A DNA stretch of 59,556 bases, the filler included, from Basidiobolus ranarum (Eukaryota): the NCBI GenBank assembly GCA_040143965.1. It is 9 parts of 9 records of this genome, joined end to end, with 100 filler letters (N's around TTAATTAATTAA, not from the genome) between each part and the next. Parts side by side here need not be neighbours in the genome. Positions count along the whole stretch, not along the records: positions 1 to 6,548 come from JASJQH010008173.1; positions 6,649 to 13,194 come from JASJQH010008174.1; 7 more parts are not named here. One strand, written 5' to 3'. The number at the start of each line of letters is the position of its first letter. The stretch's first letter is position 1. The notes beneath the pieces are model-generated. The model saw only the letters and a program-made list of their open reading frames with translations. It searched no databases and was not told where the DNA came from. The position numbers and the translations under genes were made by a program. This document shows positions 1 to 12,367 of this stretch, one piece after another.

Positions 1-20
1 GCTGTAAAGGTTATAACATG

Positions 21-32
21 GGGCTCATAACC
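21..32 (-). promoter_or_regulatory. Copia primer-binding site GGTTATGAGCCC (half-tRNA-iMet type)
   Basis: The plus strand reads GGGCTCATAACC, the anticodon arm of initiator tRNA-Met. It directly abuts the end of an LTR at 33. Confidence 0.8.
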
Positions 33-411
33 TATTGGGAAAATATGGGCTGTTTGGAGGAACTTTAGAAAAGTGGAGTTGTGAATAGCTTTGTGAGATA
101 ACTATTTATTGTCCAGAAATAAAGCATTTATACATTTTTGTGGAAATACAAAAAACTAACAGTGGGGTTGTATTCAGAGCATATGTGGGAGTAAAATGAG
201 CCATATTTGGGGCAATTTGGACAAGTTTGAAGTTTCCAATATGGAATTGCTATTTCTCACATTATTCACATATATATATAATATATGTTCCAATTTTCAG
301 TTTGAGTGATATTTGACTAAGTACTGTTAGCTAACTTATATGTGATATATGAATTAGTTAGGTATATAAAGATAGAGATAACAAATATGATAAAGACAAT
401 AAACTTCAACT
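33..411 (-). mobile_element. Copia LTR, family B (5' LTR of a minus-strand element)
   Basis: The reverse complement starts GTTGAAGTTTATTGTC and ends TCCCAATA followed by the PBS. It matches 56442-56680 in the opposite orientation. Confidence 0.75.
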
Positions 412-1228
412 TTAAATAGATTCAATATGTCAGAATGTAAAACACCTTCAACTCCACTATGTATGATGAAACTCACTGAGGATATGGAACCAAAGACCTC
501 TGAAGATATTGAAATCATGAAACATATTCCTTACTGTAATTTAGTTGGAAGTCTCATATATGTAACAACTGGTACTAGGCCTGATATTGCTATAGGAGTA
601 TGCGTAGTATGCAAATATATGGAAAATCCTACAATGGAACATTGGATAGCTGTGTGACAAATAATATGCTATCTGAAAGGACTAATACTTCATGGAATTT
701 GATTTTGAAAGCAGTACAACAGGTCACTTACTTTGGAAGGATATGCTGATGCAGACTGGGCTAATGATACAGAAGACTGCAAGTCCAAAACTGGATATGT
801 GTTTAAGCTAGCAGGTGGCCTATAAGCTGGATTAGTAAGAAACAACAAACTGTTGCATTATCCACTACAGAAGCAGAATATATGGCAAACTCTATGGCTG
901 TTCAAGAAGCTATATGGCTAAGGAGTCTTCTCAAGGAATTAAGAAATGATCAAGTTAGTCCTACCTCAATATATCAAGATAATATTAGTTGTATGCAGAT
1001 CACCAAAAATCCTGAGCATCACTCAAGAATGAAACATATTGACATAAGACATCTTTGTATATGAGAGAAAGTTCAAGACAAAGAAGAGAACTTTATTTAT
1101 TGCAATACTGAAAACATGCTTGCAGATATACTAATAAAAACACTCAAAACTTCAAGCTTTGAGAAGTTAAGAGCAGGCATAGGCATTAATGAATATAAGC
1201 ACAATGCTGAATATGAATTAAGGGAAGG
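412..1228 (+). mobile_element. Decayed Ty1/Copia RT C-terminus and RNase H
   Basis: Motifs PYCNLVGSLIY, TRPDIA, GYADADWA, STTEAEY and KHIDIRH are present, with stops and frameshifts. Polypurine tract AAGGGAAGG at about 1220-1228. Confidence 0.92.
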
Positions 1229-1545
1229 TGTTGGATAATTAATCTTTGTTCAACATCTTAGTTAACTTTAGTTTTGATATATATATCAGAAACAGAAAGC
1301 AACATATCTATAGCCCCTATATTCTAAATAGGAGTATCTCTATATCTCTATAACAAGTATGTCTTATTACCCTCACTTAATTGTTATATCTTATTACACA
1401 AACTCCTGAATATCTCAAATAATTGATTTATTTCTCTACCATATAAGTCACCTTATACTCTTAAGAATAAAGTAACTAAAACACACTATCATAAGTTGCT
1501 TCTAATACACAAAGTTTACCCCCATTATGTTAAGATTCTCCAACA
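1229..1545 (+). mobile_element. Copia 3' LTR, family C
   Basis: Follows the PPT and has TGTTGGA...TCCAACA inverted termini. A related solo copy lies at about 45215-45541. Confidence 0.8.
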
Positions 1546-1550
1546 GATAT

Positions 1551-1798
1551 TTTTGTCAAGATGTAAACAAACTAACAGTTAGAAAGTGTTAAGGAAAGTC
1601 CCAGGAACATGTGTGCAAAGTTTGGGGCTTCTAGCACAAGCTTGAAAAGTCTATATATCTGAGAACTTCTAAGTTGGTGTCATTATTCTTAGTAAATTAC
1701 TCTTGAGAATAATGGGTAATATCTTAGTTCAATATAGGATAACTAAATACTAAGCTACATATGACTATATAGGTGTTTAGGCAATGCTAATTTCAACA
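1551..1798 (-). mobile_element. Partial Copia LTR, family A
   Basis: Ends in ...GGCAATGCTAATTTCAACA, as do the copies at 10010, 19319, 39823-40577 and 46686. Confidence 0.85.
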
Positions 1799-2436
1799 CC
1801 CTCAATACGCAACAAAGGTTAGTATGGTAAAACAAGAAATACGCAACAAAGATTAGTGCGGTAAAACACGTAGATTTTATGATGGTGAAAAGCACGCATT
1901 GGGTATTCTAATATCCTATTTATGTATCTTACAGTACTTGATGAATACAATATATTAAACAATGAACTCGCAATATCCAACACAGATTAGTGTGGTAAAA
2001 TCTGACGGATGACTCATATATAGTTCCATATAGAACGATTTGTTTACCAAACCAATATAAAACGAGGTCAGGTGCTGCAACAATCTCATCTTTAAATAGT
2101 GGCTACATTGGAGAAGCATAACAAGGCTTGGAAGTAAATTGCGGAGTAGCATATGGATAGATGAAGCATGGACAGATGAAGCATGATCTTTAAAAAAGAA
2201 GTACCTTTGCATCAAATTTGGCTAATAATAACACCGAGTGTGTGACTAGGGAATTTGTTTGGGAAAAAATTGGATGTTAAATTTGCTGATAGATTCTTCC
2301 TTTTTCATATTTAAATATACTGGATTATTTGATTTAACTGTTACACTTTATTTTATTAAGAACTTTCGTTTTCTAGTCTTCATTTACACTTTCCCTTCTT
2401 GACAATAGAGATATTTCTATCTAAAGATCCCTTGAA

Positions 2437-3953
2437 ATGTCTCAATACACACCGGTTAACGATGAGGAACTGGCCCAAACTGTCGAGGTGGAACCGCGTC
2501 ACAGTGATGCCTCCCCTCTGTTAGGTCAAGGCTCCTCTTCATCCCAAAAGGCATTTCCGTTTGCTGAAGATGCTCCTACTGCCACTGTTCTCTCGTCATG
2601 CATAAATTTGGCCAATACCATCTTGGGAGCAGGAATGTTTGCAATGGTATGTTTAGTTTCTGGCCGTTTCTTATTTCTAAAAAGTACTAATCCTTCCCTA
2701 GCCCTCTGCTATCGCCTCAGTTGGTTTGTTATTTGGCTCAGGTTTAATTGGGTTATCAGGGTTTGCTTCAGGATTGGGTCTTTACTTACTTGCACGTTGC
2801 GCTAGTCACGTCGAAGGACGCAATGCATCTTTCAATACAATCTCACTATTAAGTTACCCCAATGCAGCCATTTGGTTCGATCTGGCAATCGCAATCAAAT
2901 GCTTTGGTGTGAGTATTTCCTATTTAATAGTTATTGGTGATTTGATGCCTGAAGTGATGGGATGGTTTGGAATAAGCCCTAGCCATAGTTTTCTGTTGGA
3001 TCGTCGTTTCTGGATCACCATTTTCATGCTGTTCATAATTCCACTCGCGTTCTTAAGGAAACTAGATTCATTGAGATATACAAGCTTTGTAGCATTAAGT
3101 GCGGTTCTATACTTGATCGTCATCGTGATATACCATTATTTGGATCCTGAACAACCGTCACCACCTCCAGAAGACATCCACTTGATAAACTTTGGTGGAA
3201 TGTTTCTAAGTCGGTTCCCTATATTTGTGTTTGCTTTTACCTGCCATCAGAACATCTTTACCGTCTACAATGAATTACGAGATAACTCCGATCGACAGGT
3301 CAATTCAGTAATCTTTTATTCCATTGGCGCTTCCTTCTTGGTTTATCAGGTTGTTGGAGTACTTGGATATTTAACCTTTGGTGACCACGTGCTAGGCAAT
3401 ATCATTAAGATGTATGACAATGGTGTAGTTTTGACTATTGGTCGCTTTGCACTGGTCATCTTGGTGATGTTCTCCTATCCTTTACAAGCACATCCTTGTC
3501 GCGCTTCGATCGATAAAGTAATGAACGTACTATTCAACACCAACTTAGAGGTTCCTCAGTTCGAAGAAGAAGAAGAAGACGGTAAATCGGATACACTTGC
3601 ACGTAAACACGTATACGAAATATCCAACTATAGATTCTTCACCATCACACCTCTAATCATCGTGAGCACCTATTTGATTGCCATATCGGTATCTCAATTA
3701 GACTTGGTACGAACACTTGGTAGAATTTTAACTCTGTGCCCCATGCTAACTTTGAATTATCCATCAGGTTCTCGCTTTTGTTGGATCCACTGGATCTACC
3801 GCCATTTCATTCATCTTGCCAGGCCTGTTCTACTCCAAAATTCATCAAAACGACCCATGGAATATTACTCGCGTAGCAGCTGCAGTCCTGTTCGTGTATG
3901 GTATTGGTGTGATGACCATTTGTCTAAGCTACAATATCTATCATCTTTTCTAA
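2437..3953 (+). CDS. Vacuolar amino-acid transporter, AVT5/6/7-like (Aa_trans family), 3 exons
   Basis: Exons at about 2437-2647, 2702-3706 and 3768-3953 with GT..AG introns. Motifs NLANTILGAG, FAFTCHQN, SYPLQAHPCR and GSTGSTAISFILPG. TAA stop at 3951-3953. Confidence 0.92.
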
Positions 3954-4169
3954 CGGCCGATATGTTCACTACCTTTACTTTTACTTCCAATTACGATAAT
4001 TAATATCACCTTGACCATAATTAAGAGGGATATGTCGTTATGTACAGTCTAATCTGTTGATATTATTAAAAAATATTCAATCGAATTGTTTCAATCACGA
4101 CCATTTTCATATATTGATAGAATTCATTCATTTTTTTTATTTAAATTTATACTATTCAACTTATTTATA

Positions 4170-5486
4170 TTATTCGACTTTACATCCTAAAGTTCTTTCA
4201 ATTAACAGTTTGGAGGCTCGCTTTTCATCGCATTTCAAGAACACTTCTACACGATTCAATGGAACTGTCCAGTTGCTAGGATCGGCTTGTTTGGTGCCAT
4301 CTTCGACGGTACTACTGGCAATACTATCTTGCATCGATTCTGACCATGCACGACGGTCACGTACGCACATACCACGAGTTAGATGTCCCTCATCTTCTAT
4401 TCTGATATCTAACCATTTACTCAACCAACTACCTTCCACCAAAGTATCATTGACAATATCCACGAAACCAACCATACAACTAGGATCATGGAGTTTAATG
4501 AAATCCAAATCATAGTAGGATTTCATAATAGATGCGGGATGCTTGAGGAGCTCACCAAAGAAACGACCAGCTGGTGTCTCAAGTGGTCCAATAACATTCT
4601 TGATGATATCGTTGGATAGAGTTACATTGTCAGTGAGGTCGATGGGGAATAGGCTAACATGAATAGGTAAAGATTCGTCCACAGGTTGAGATAACTTCTG
4701 TACACCTGGATGAAATCCTCTGGTGGCATTCATAACGATGGCTGCTGCGTGTGGGTCCGCATAGAAGTTGAATTCTGCTACTGCGGTAATATTACCAGGA
4801 ACATCTACCGCACCACCCATGATACATATTTGCTTTACTCGGCCCATTGTGACCCTATCTTTCTGTAAGGCTAGTGCGATATTCGTCAAAGGACCAAGTG
4901 CAACGATAGAAACGGTAAAAGGTGGATTGGTTTTAAGAATATGCAAGATCTCGTCCACGGCATGACGTTTAGTTGGTTTGAAATATTTTGGTAGTTGCTC
5001 TGGATCTTCACCAATATTTTTCATCACTTCATCAGCTTCCTCGCTGGCCTCTTGGACTCGGATATGTTTCCACTCATCGGGTACCAGGTTGGGTAAAGTC
5101 GCGTGAATATTACCTAAACCATCTGAACCATGGAAAAATTCCGCAAATAATAACTCGTGTTTAAGTGGCTTCTCAGCACCTAAATGAGAACTGTTTAAGT
5201 GAAAATACTCGTTAAAAATAGTCGACTATGAGACGTTACCAAGTGCCACGGTAGGGATCTGCTTTCTATACACCGGAAGGTTTTGTTTCTCTCGGTACAG
5301 ATGTTCCTCTTCCATCACCTTAAGCAAAGAAAGCAAGTTCTTGGAACTGTTTTCTAAGCAGGTGTTTCCGTGAGTGAGGGTGTATGCGAGAATATCAACG
5401 TTAGGTGAGGAGATAGCATAGGCGATAGCGAGAATATCGTCAATTCCGGGGTCGGTATCAATGATCACTTTAGAAGAGTCAGACAT
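4170..5486 (-). CDS. Inosine/uridine-preferring nucleoside hydrolase, 2 exons
   Basis: N-terminal DTDPGIDD motif, HGSDGLG, ALGPLTNIA, MGGA, AEFNFYADP and LHDP. One intron at about 5181-5239. Confidence 0.93.
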
Positions 5487-6223
5487 AGTGTTGTTGTACT
5501 GTAACAGTAGGTTGGGCTTATACTGATAATTTCATGCCCATGTTGTGCTTTTATGAGGTCCGTCGAACGATTTGCTTACTACGGATGGATTAATACCTTT
5601 GTTAGTGAATGATGGCCTATTTACCACCGAGAACATTCATCTGTACCACCCAGACTTATTCAGGAAAGAACTCTAACCCTTCATGCTTGGGCCATTCAAT
5701 GAATGTTACCAAACCTGAATACTTACTCCAATCCCAATCCATATTTCCATAATTTTTCTAATGATTTGGAAAGAATGGAATAGTTATGATATATAAAAGT
5801 ATATATATCCATTTATTTAAATACTGATTATCAAGAACACATGAGCTCCACTCATCCATAATAAACTCATCGGTTTCATAAAAATAGCCTCATTCGCACA
5901 GTTTACTTATGATCAAAATCTGATTAATGGTGAATTAACCGCTGATTGGTGAGTACTGAATAGTGAAGCGTTTCATTGGTGAATACTGCTCATGTATTTT
6001 CAACCAACAGAATGAACCAAATTTAAGCTATGGGGTGATTTATTGGTGAATTAGTTGCAGTCGTTCATTGTGAGTACCTAGCTAATGTTGTCATAATAGT
6101 TAAAATACATCTAAGTTGGTGAAGGATGAACTGGTGGTCATTAACACAAGGAGGTCCTTAAGGCGAGACTCAATAATGACCTTTCCACTGTGAGAAACGA
6201 CTGACTTTGTGCGTCTGATCTCC

Positions 6224-6548
6224 GGACATCCACTTGATAAACTTCGGTGGAACGCTTTCAAGTCGATTCCCAATATCTGTGTTCGCCTTGACCATAATTA
6301 AGAGGGATATGTTGTTATGCGCAGTCTAATCCGTTGATATTATTAAAAAATATTCAATCGAATTGTTCTAATCACGATTATTTTGATTTTCATTGATTTA
6401 TTCAACTTTAAATCCTAGAATTGTTTCGATTAACATCTTGGAGGCTCGCTTTTCATCGCATTTCAAGAACACTTCTACACGATTCAATGGAACTGTCCAG
6501 TTGCTAGGATCGGCTTGTTTGGTGCCATCTTCGACGGTACTACTGGCA
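6224..6548 (-). repeat. Diverged duplicate of the AVT/nucleoside hydrolase junction, including the 3' end of a second hydrolase copy cut by the contig end
   Basis: 6224-6285 resembles 3173-3234. 6286-6548 resembles 4009-4320, and about 6440-6548 is identical to about 4212-4320. Confidence 0.85.
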
Positions 6549-6648
6549 NNNNNNNNNNNNNNNNNNNNNNNNNNNNNNNNNNNNNNNNNNNNTTAATTAA
6601 TTAANNNNNNNNNNNNNNNNNNNNNNNNNNNNNNNNNNNNNNNNNNNN
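6549..6648. other. Artificial contig spacer
   Basis: N44-TTAATTAATTAA-N44, which gives stop codons in all six frames. Confidence 0.98.
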
Positions 6649-8610
6649 AGCGGAGGGTATCCTCAATATACTTGATGGATATCACTACCACAATCTGAAA
6701 AGTCAAGGTTTCTTTGAGAACATGTATGATCATGCATTTGCATTTGCTCTGATGGTTTCTCACTAAACAAATATTCCATTGGAATGGCTTACTGGCCAAT
6801 AATTTTAATTAACTTAAATCTTCCTCCTTCTAAATGGTATAAGAGTCATAGTATTTTGATACTACCCATTGTATCTGGACCTAAATCACCAGTTCTTATG
6901 GAGAACATCTTGAAGCCTTTGATTACACAACTTGAATGGTTATCCAATGGGGTTCATATGGTGAATATTTTTAAAGCTAATAGAGGTGCCTGTGTTGATG
7001 ACACTCCTGCCACCAGTAAACTTAGAGGTTTTTGCTGGCAGAATGCATCATCTTAATCTAGATCTTGTCAAATCAATGGAGTGTACTATACCAGGCATAT
7101 CAATACTCCTATTTAAATACAACACTAAACTCCATGATTTACCATAAAGAGCCTGGTTAGATTTCAACATGCTAACTAATATCAAATCACCAAATAGTCA
7201 GTCTGACATCAAACTTGCAATTAGCCATAAGTCTAAGATTTTATTGCTAAAGGGAATGAGCTGCAGCATGAGCTTCCCATTGGGTACTATGCACTTGCTA
7301 TTTAACAGCATTCAAATACTATTTACTCAGCTATGTAGTGGAAAATTCAATCCAAATGAGCTATTTGAGCTAGGATCCAAGTTTGAATCAATTGGGAAAA
7401 TGCCTGAAAGCATCAAGATACCATCATATTTTACCAGCACTCTGATTAATATCCACTCATTTAGGGATTTATTCAAATGTGGAGATTGGAAGTACTGGAT
7501 TTGTAAGTATTCAAGTGGAATCTTGAAAAGATTTCTGCCTCATGAGTATTGCAACATTGAGAGTTGTTTGTGACTATTATTAATATTTTCTTACAGCATC
7601 AACTCACATTGGCAGATCTCAGGCAGATATAGTAACTGTGCAAAGATTTTGGAATTGGATACAAGAAACTTTATTAAAGGTTTAAAGAAGATAGACTGAA
7701 TCTATGCTGGTATTCAATACATACATAGCTGGATCTTACACAATGCAAAGTGAATATAGGCCCTTACTATACAACCTGCATTTTCCTAATGGAGTACACC
7801 TATGGTGAAATGATGCTCCATGTGAAATTGCTGGTGTTACCATATGCCAATCTGATTAGCAATGTATCAGCAAAATACAGATGAATGCAATGCAATGGGT
7901 TAAGAAGACTCCAGTATATATTAACCTGCCAACACGGGGCTCTTTTCAATTTGCTCATTGGTTTTTGCATTCTCTGAGCACAATTATAGCAACAGAATGC
8001 AATCCATGGACTCATAGTAAGTACATCTATAACTTGGACTAATTTGTTTGTGTGAGAGTCTGATGGTATTTCTAGGAAAGCTGCACAACACACTTCATGG
8101 TGAGAGAGATTGAGATATGCAGTATTATTGTTTTAGCCATGGGGTAATCTATTCAAGCAATGACACATCTACTTGTGGCAGGACATTTGTTGACTGCAGG
8201 GTGTGGATATTCTGGCAGAATTCTGTATGGAAATTTGCCAAAATCCAAAAGCTTATTCTCATTGAGAATGGTAACTAGAGTCAGCTATTTGCCAAGTGTC
8301 AGTGTTGTTCAATATTTCAAATGTTTAGCAATTTTTCCACTGTTAGTTTACTGGTAAGGCATATTGATGTTGCTGAGTTATATATGCTCAGTCAAGTATG
8401 TGCATATGTAGAGACTAAACACAACAATATTCTCATATTTTTGATTCTCATTATGGCTGGAATATAAAGACTAAAATATCCAAATAAAGGCATACACATC
8501 AATTTGAATTCCTATAGCAGTAAACCAGTAATTTGCCATTCAAAAATTAGTTTTTTACAAATATTGTTAGAAATGAAATAGCACATGCCACATATGCTGA
8601 TCAATATTCA
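6649..8610 (+). mobile_element. Decayed EnSpm/CACTA-like DNA transposase (Transposase_21-like)
   Basis: Motifs DGF, WPIILINLNLPP, SGPKSP..ILKPL, DTPATSK, TMHLL and KCGDWKYW. Homologous to 54600-56430, 39328-39722 and 11880-12345. Confidence 0.75.
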
Positions 8611-8789
8611 TCATGTATAAATACCATCAATGTATAATGAAGAAGCTGCCTTCTTACCTTCAAGATCCCTGGCAAAATGCAAGCCCACAATATTGTGATG
8701 GTTCTATGATGGTTTTTCAATCTAGAAGGATCTATCCAATCCAGATCAAACCAATTTTATTTTAGTTAGGTTAAGCCAATGGAGCAACA

Positions 8790-9330
8790 CACAAGTGAGA
8801 TGTGTTCATTGATAAAGCCTTATTTGCCTCCCATATCCAAGCATAAAGTACAAGTCAGAAGGTCCCTTTTGACTCTGTGTATGCATGTCACCCAAGGGTT
8901 CCAGCAAACACATTGAAACCAAGACTTGCCAACCTTCTGGAAGATGCTCCTAGGCAAACCACAGCAAAGGAGAATCTTACTCACCAGAGAAGTGCAGCAA
9001 AAGCCAGACTTAAAGCCAGTGCCTCAAAAATGAAGACTTGTTCAGTTATAACTGTAAACCCACAACTAGTTGCTCAAGAAATCTTTGTGCTGTAAAGAAA
9101 TGAAACCAAGTATAGTTTGAATATCTGTGGCCAGGACCACTTGAAGTCATCATTGAGTGCTCATTCCAAATATATTAGCTAGTAGATAAACATGCAGTCA
9201 CCAAAGAAGACCAAGTCCATTGGGATAGACTCAAAGTTGCTGTACTTTAAGAAGAAGATCTACCAAAGAAATATTGGTATCACAAGAGGAAAGACTCAGG
9301 AGACCCTTCTCATTTTGATGGGAGAGAATG
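8790..9330 (+). mobile_element. Decayed Ty3/Gypsy-type integrase C-terminus
   Basis: Translates as DKALFASH...VPFDSVYACHPRVP and FEYLWPGPLEV...QVHWDRLK (GPY/F module). A purine tract and TG follow near 9320-9330. Confidence 0.65.
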
Positions 9331-9399
9331 TAAAGCCAAAATTGTGCCACCCCTGTATGTTATAGCTAGATCCTGATATTGTAATTAGATTAGAAATCA

Positions 9400-10009
9400 A
9401 TGGATGACTCATTGTTAATCTGTGCTTTTGGATTTGGTACAAATGCAGGAGCATCTCCCTCAATAAAATTCAGTCCAGTAATAGTGAATGCAATAATAAC
9501 TTACTCAGCCCCTGTAATACTTGCCTACTTGAGAATTAAAACAGAGGTACATTTTTGCTTTTCAGCTGACACCACAGCACTGCACTTAGTCAACTTTGGG
9601 TTCTTAATAGCAAATAGTTAGTAGACCTCAAATACAAGAGAATAACCAAGGAAAGTGCATTCACTGCTTTTGGCTTCCAATGTAAAGCATCTTTGAGCTG
9701 GTATCAGGTTTATGCAATGCATTCAAATATCCTTAGAAGATCCAAACTTCATTTGGTGCAAGCTTCAAATGAAGTTGAGTTGGGTAGCAATCTTGTTTGT
9801 CATCTGTTTTTATATAGAGTGCAATGGTAACAGTTTTAGCATAATTTAATGATTTGACTTTTGATCTTGTAACATCAATCTTGCAATCTACACAATGGTC
9901 ATATGGGTGCATACTTTGATTACATTTTGTTGTGGAGACCAAGGTTTATATGGTTGTTATATGATTGCATGTTGAGAGTAAAATGTAGCAAAGTATCCTA
10001 AGCAGTACT
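9400..10009 (-). mobile_element. Decayed Copia integrase fragment
   Basis: Degenerate RSML..YWAEAVxTAxYI-like segment and LIPAQRCFTLEAKS, similar to 22408-22860. Confidence 0.65.
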
Positions 10010-10870
10010 TGTCAAAGTATTTGGGAGCCTGTTGGTAGTGGATTGGAGAATCAAAGAAATAGATGGTTTTCACTTATTGATTTATTGCGTAGAAAGTTTT
10101 CATTTCACTTCTGTCAAGATGTAAGCAAACTAATGTGTAGAATCTGTTTAGGAAGGTTCCTGGACCATTTGTGTACATTTTGGCACTTCTAGCACATGTT
10201 TGAAAAATCTATATATCTGGGAATTTCCCAGTTGGCACAAATATTCCAAGTGAACTCAAATTGAGAGGAATGGACAATATCTTAGTGAAATATATAATAC
10301 CTAAGTACTAAGCTATATACAACTATATATGTGTTTGGGCAATGCCAATTTCAACACTCTCCCTGAACTAAGTAGTCATATAAACTCACCACAAGGAAGG
10401 TCTAAATCTCTTCAATTTCAGTCTAGGTAATGGTTTGGTTAATATATCAGCAATCATGCCTTTTGGAGAAGAATAAGTCAAGACAATAAACTTATTCTCT
10501 ATAGTCTCTCATATAAAGTGTTGCTTAATAAATGTGTGTATGCTTTAATATGAATTGTGGAATTTGCACCTATTCAGTTACATTTTGATTAATTTGAAAT
10601 ATTGTAATTGGTGTGTTATAATTCTTAAGTAGCTAAGAATTATAGGAGGGTTGAGTAAGCTTGTCTTGTATTCACTATAACTGGACTGAAGTTTATTGTA
10701 ATACTATTATATAATGATAATACTGATAGATTGTTAATACTGAATGATGCATAACTTAACTAAGGATTTAGCTGCTATAATTAGCAAATCATCATAGGTG
10801 AATTTTGAGAATAATCTAAATCTGTTAAAAGCTTTCTGAACAAAATTGCTTCTTTTGTAGCATCAAAGGT
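10010..10870 (-). mobile_element. Copia family A 3' LTR (10010-10356) with PPT and RNase H remnants
   Basis: Full LTR of about 347 bp. PPT complement CTCTCCCT follows it. Motifs HFI*ETIEN, MIADILTKPL and ATKEAILFRKLLTDLDY. Confidence 0.82.
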
Positions 10871-10879
10871 AACCTTGTA

Positions 10880-12345
10880 TTTGCTTCTGAGTGTTATTTG
10901 CTGGTGTTTTGGCTTGTTGAGAGGTGCCAGGTGTTGGATAAACTTCCAAATTAGCACTCTTCCAACTGGTGTACCTGGTTCCATGGCAAACTTAAGCTTT
11001 TTGGCCAGTATATCTGACTCTGGAAATGCAGATATTCATAATGGTATGAAGAACTTGGTAAGTGGGACATTAGAGCCTAAACTCACTGGCTCCTTTACTT
11101 TTCCCTCGGATTTACTAACTTCCTGCTCCTTGAGTACTTCTTAAACTGCTTTCCTTTCTCTTCTAAGTTGATGAACATGTTCATTTGTGAAATGTTTTGT
11201 GAATATGCTTACACCATCCCGATTGTCATTTGCTTGCAAAAACCCAAGATAAGCCACAAGTAATAAGGCAAGAACCTTTGAAGTGATGCCTAGTTTATGG
11301 TCTTTCCACAATTGGTTCAAACCAAGGTTATTATAGGCAAGGTTCCACACAATTTTGAAAATGTTGAACCATTCATCATCAGCAAAAGTGATAGCAGCTC
11401 TGACAATTGGAGTCTTTTGATTTGCTGGTTCTCCCTTGAGATTTCTACTTTCATGTGGCCAAGCAATTTTGAGTTAATGTGTAGGCTTAATGGTCCAACA
11501 CAGATTCTGCTCAGCTAGATTGTCATGGTGATGCTCATATGGATAGTGTGGTTTTGATTGAAATCCCATATGAGAATGGATAGAAGGAGAAGCATGTTGC
11601 TGTAGCTCAAGTACAGCATTCTGAGAGTGTTGTATCATTGTTGAGTGACTCTCTAACCATTGACTGGTTACTTCAAAACATTGCATAAATTGCACAATTG
11701 TGGCATTATTACTTTTCATGGCCTAGATAGCAACTTTGTAGTTGTTATTTATGTTTCCCTAAGAAAAATAAAATCAATTTGATTTGAATTGGATCTGCCC
11801 TTCAGGATTGCAAAAGTATCAGAGAACTGTCACAATACTGTGGCTTACATTCTGCCTGGGATTTTAATGATGAGATGGAGACTGTATTCATACATAGCAA
11901 AATATTGTTCCTCATATTTGGCATGCACTATTCAAACTCCAACAATTGTGACAAAAAACTAGTTGTCAATGGCAAATTACTGGGTTTACTGATGTTGCAA
12001 TTCAAATTAACATGCATGCTTTTATTTAAATATTTTAGGCCTTATATTCCAGCCATAATGAGAATAAAAAACACAAGAATCTCATTGTGCTTAGTTTCTA
12101 CTTATGCACATACTTGACTGATCAGACTTAACTCAACAACATCAATATGCTTCACCAGCAAACTAATGGTGGAAAAATTGCTAAATATCTCAAATTTTGA
12201 ATAGCACTGATACTTGGCAAATAGCTGGTTTTTGTTACTGTTTGCAGCAAGAATAAGCTCTTGGACTTTGCAATTTGCAATAAAGAACTCAGCTAAGATA
12301 ACCCCAATTTGCAGTCAATATATGTTGGGCCAATAGTAGATGTTT
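10880..12345 (-). mobile_element. Inverted CACTA-like copy (11880-12345) followed by an unassigned decayed ORF
   Basis: 11880-12345 is the reverse complement of about 8180-8610. Downstream minus-strand ORF fragments lie at 11719-10880. Confidence 0.55.
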
Positions 12346-12367
12346 CATTATGTAAACAGATTATCCC

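Noticed and set aside
2726-4003. 425-aa ORF as the complete transporter
   Set aside because: It reads through an intron from about 3707 into the wrong frame. The spliced model 2437-3953 restores the conserved C-terminus.
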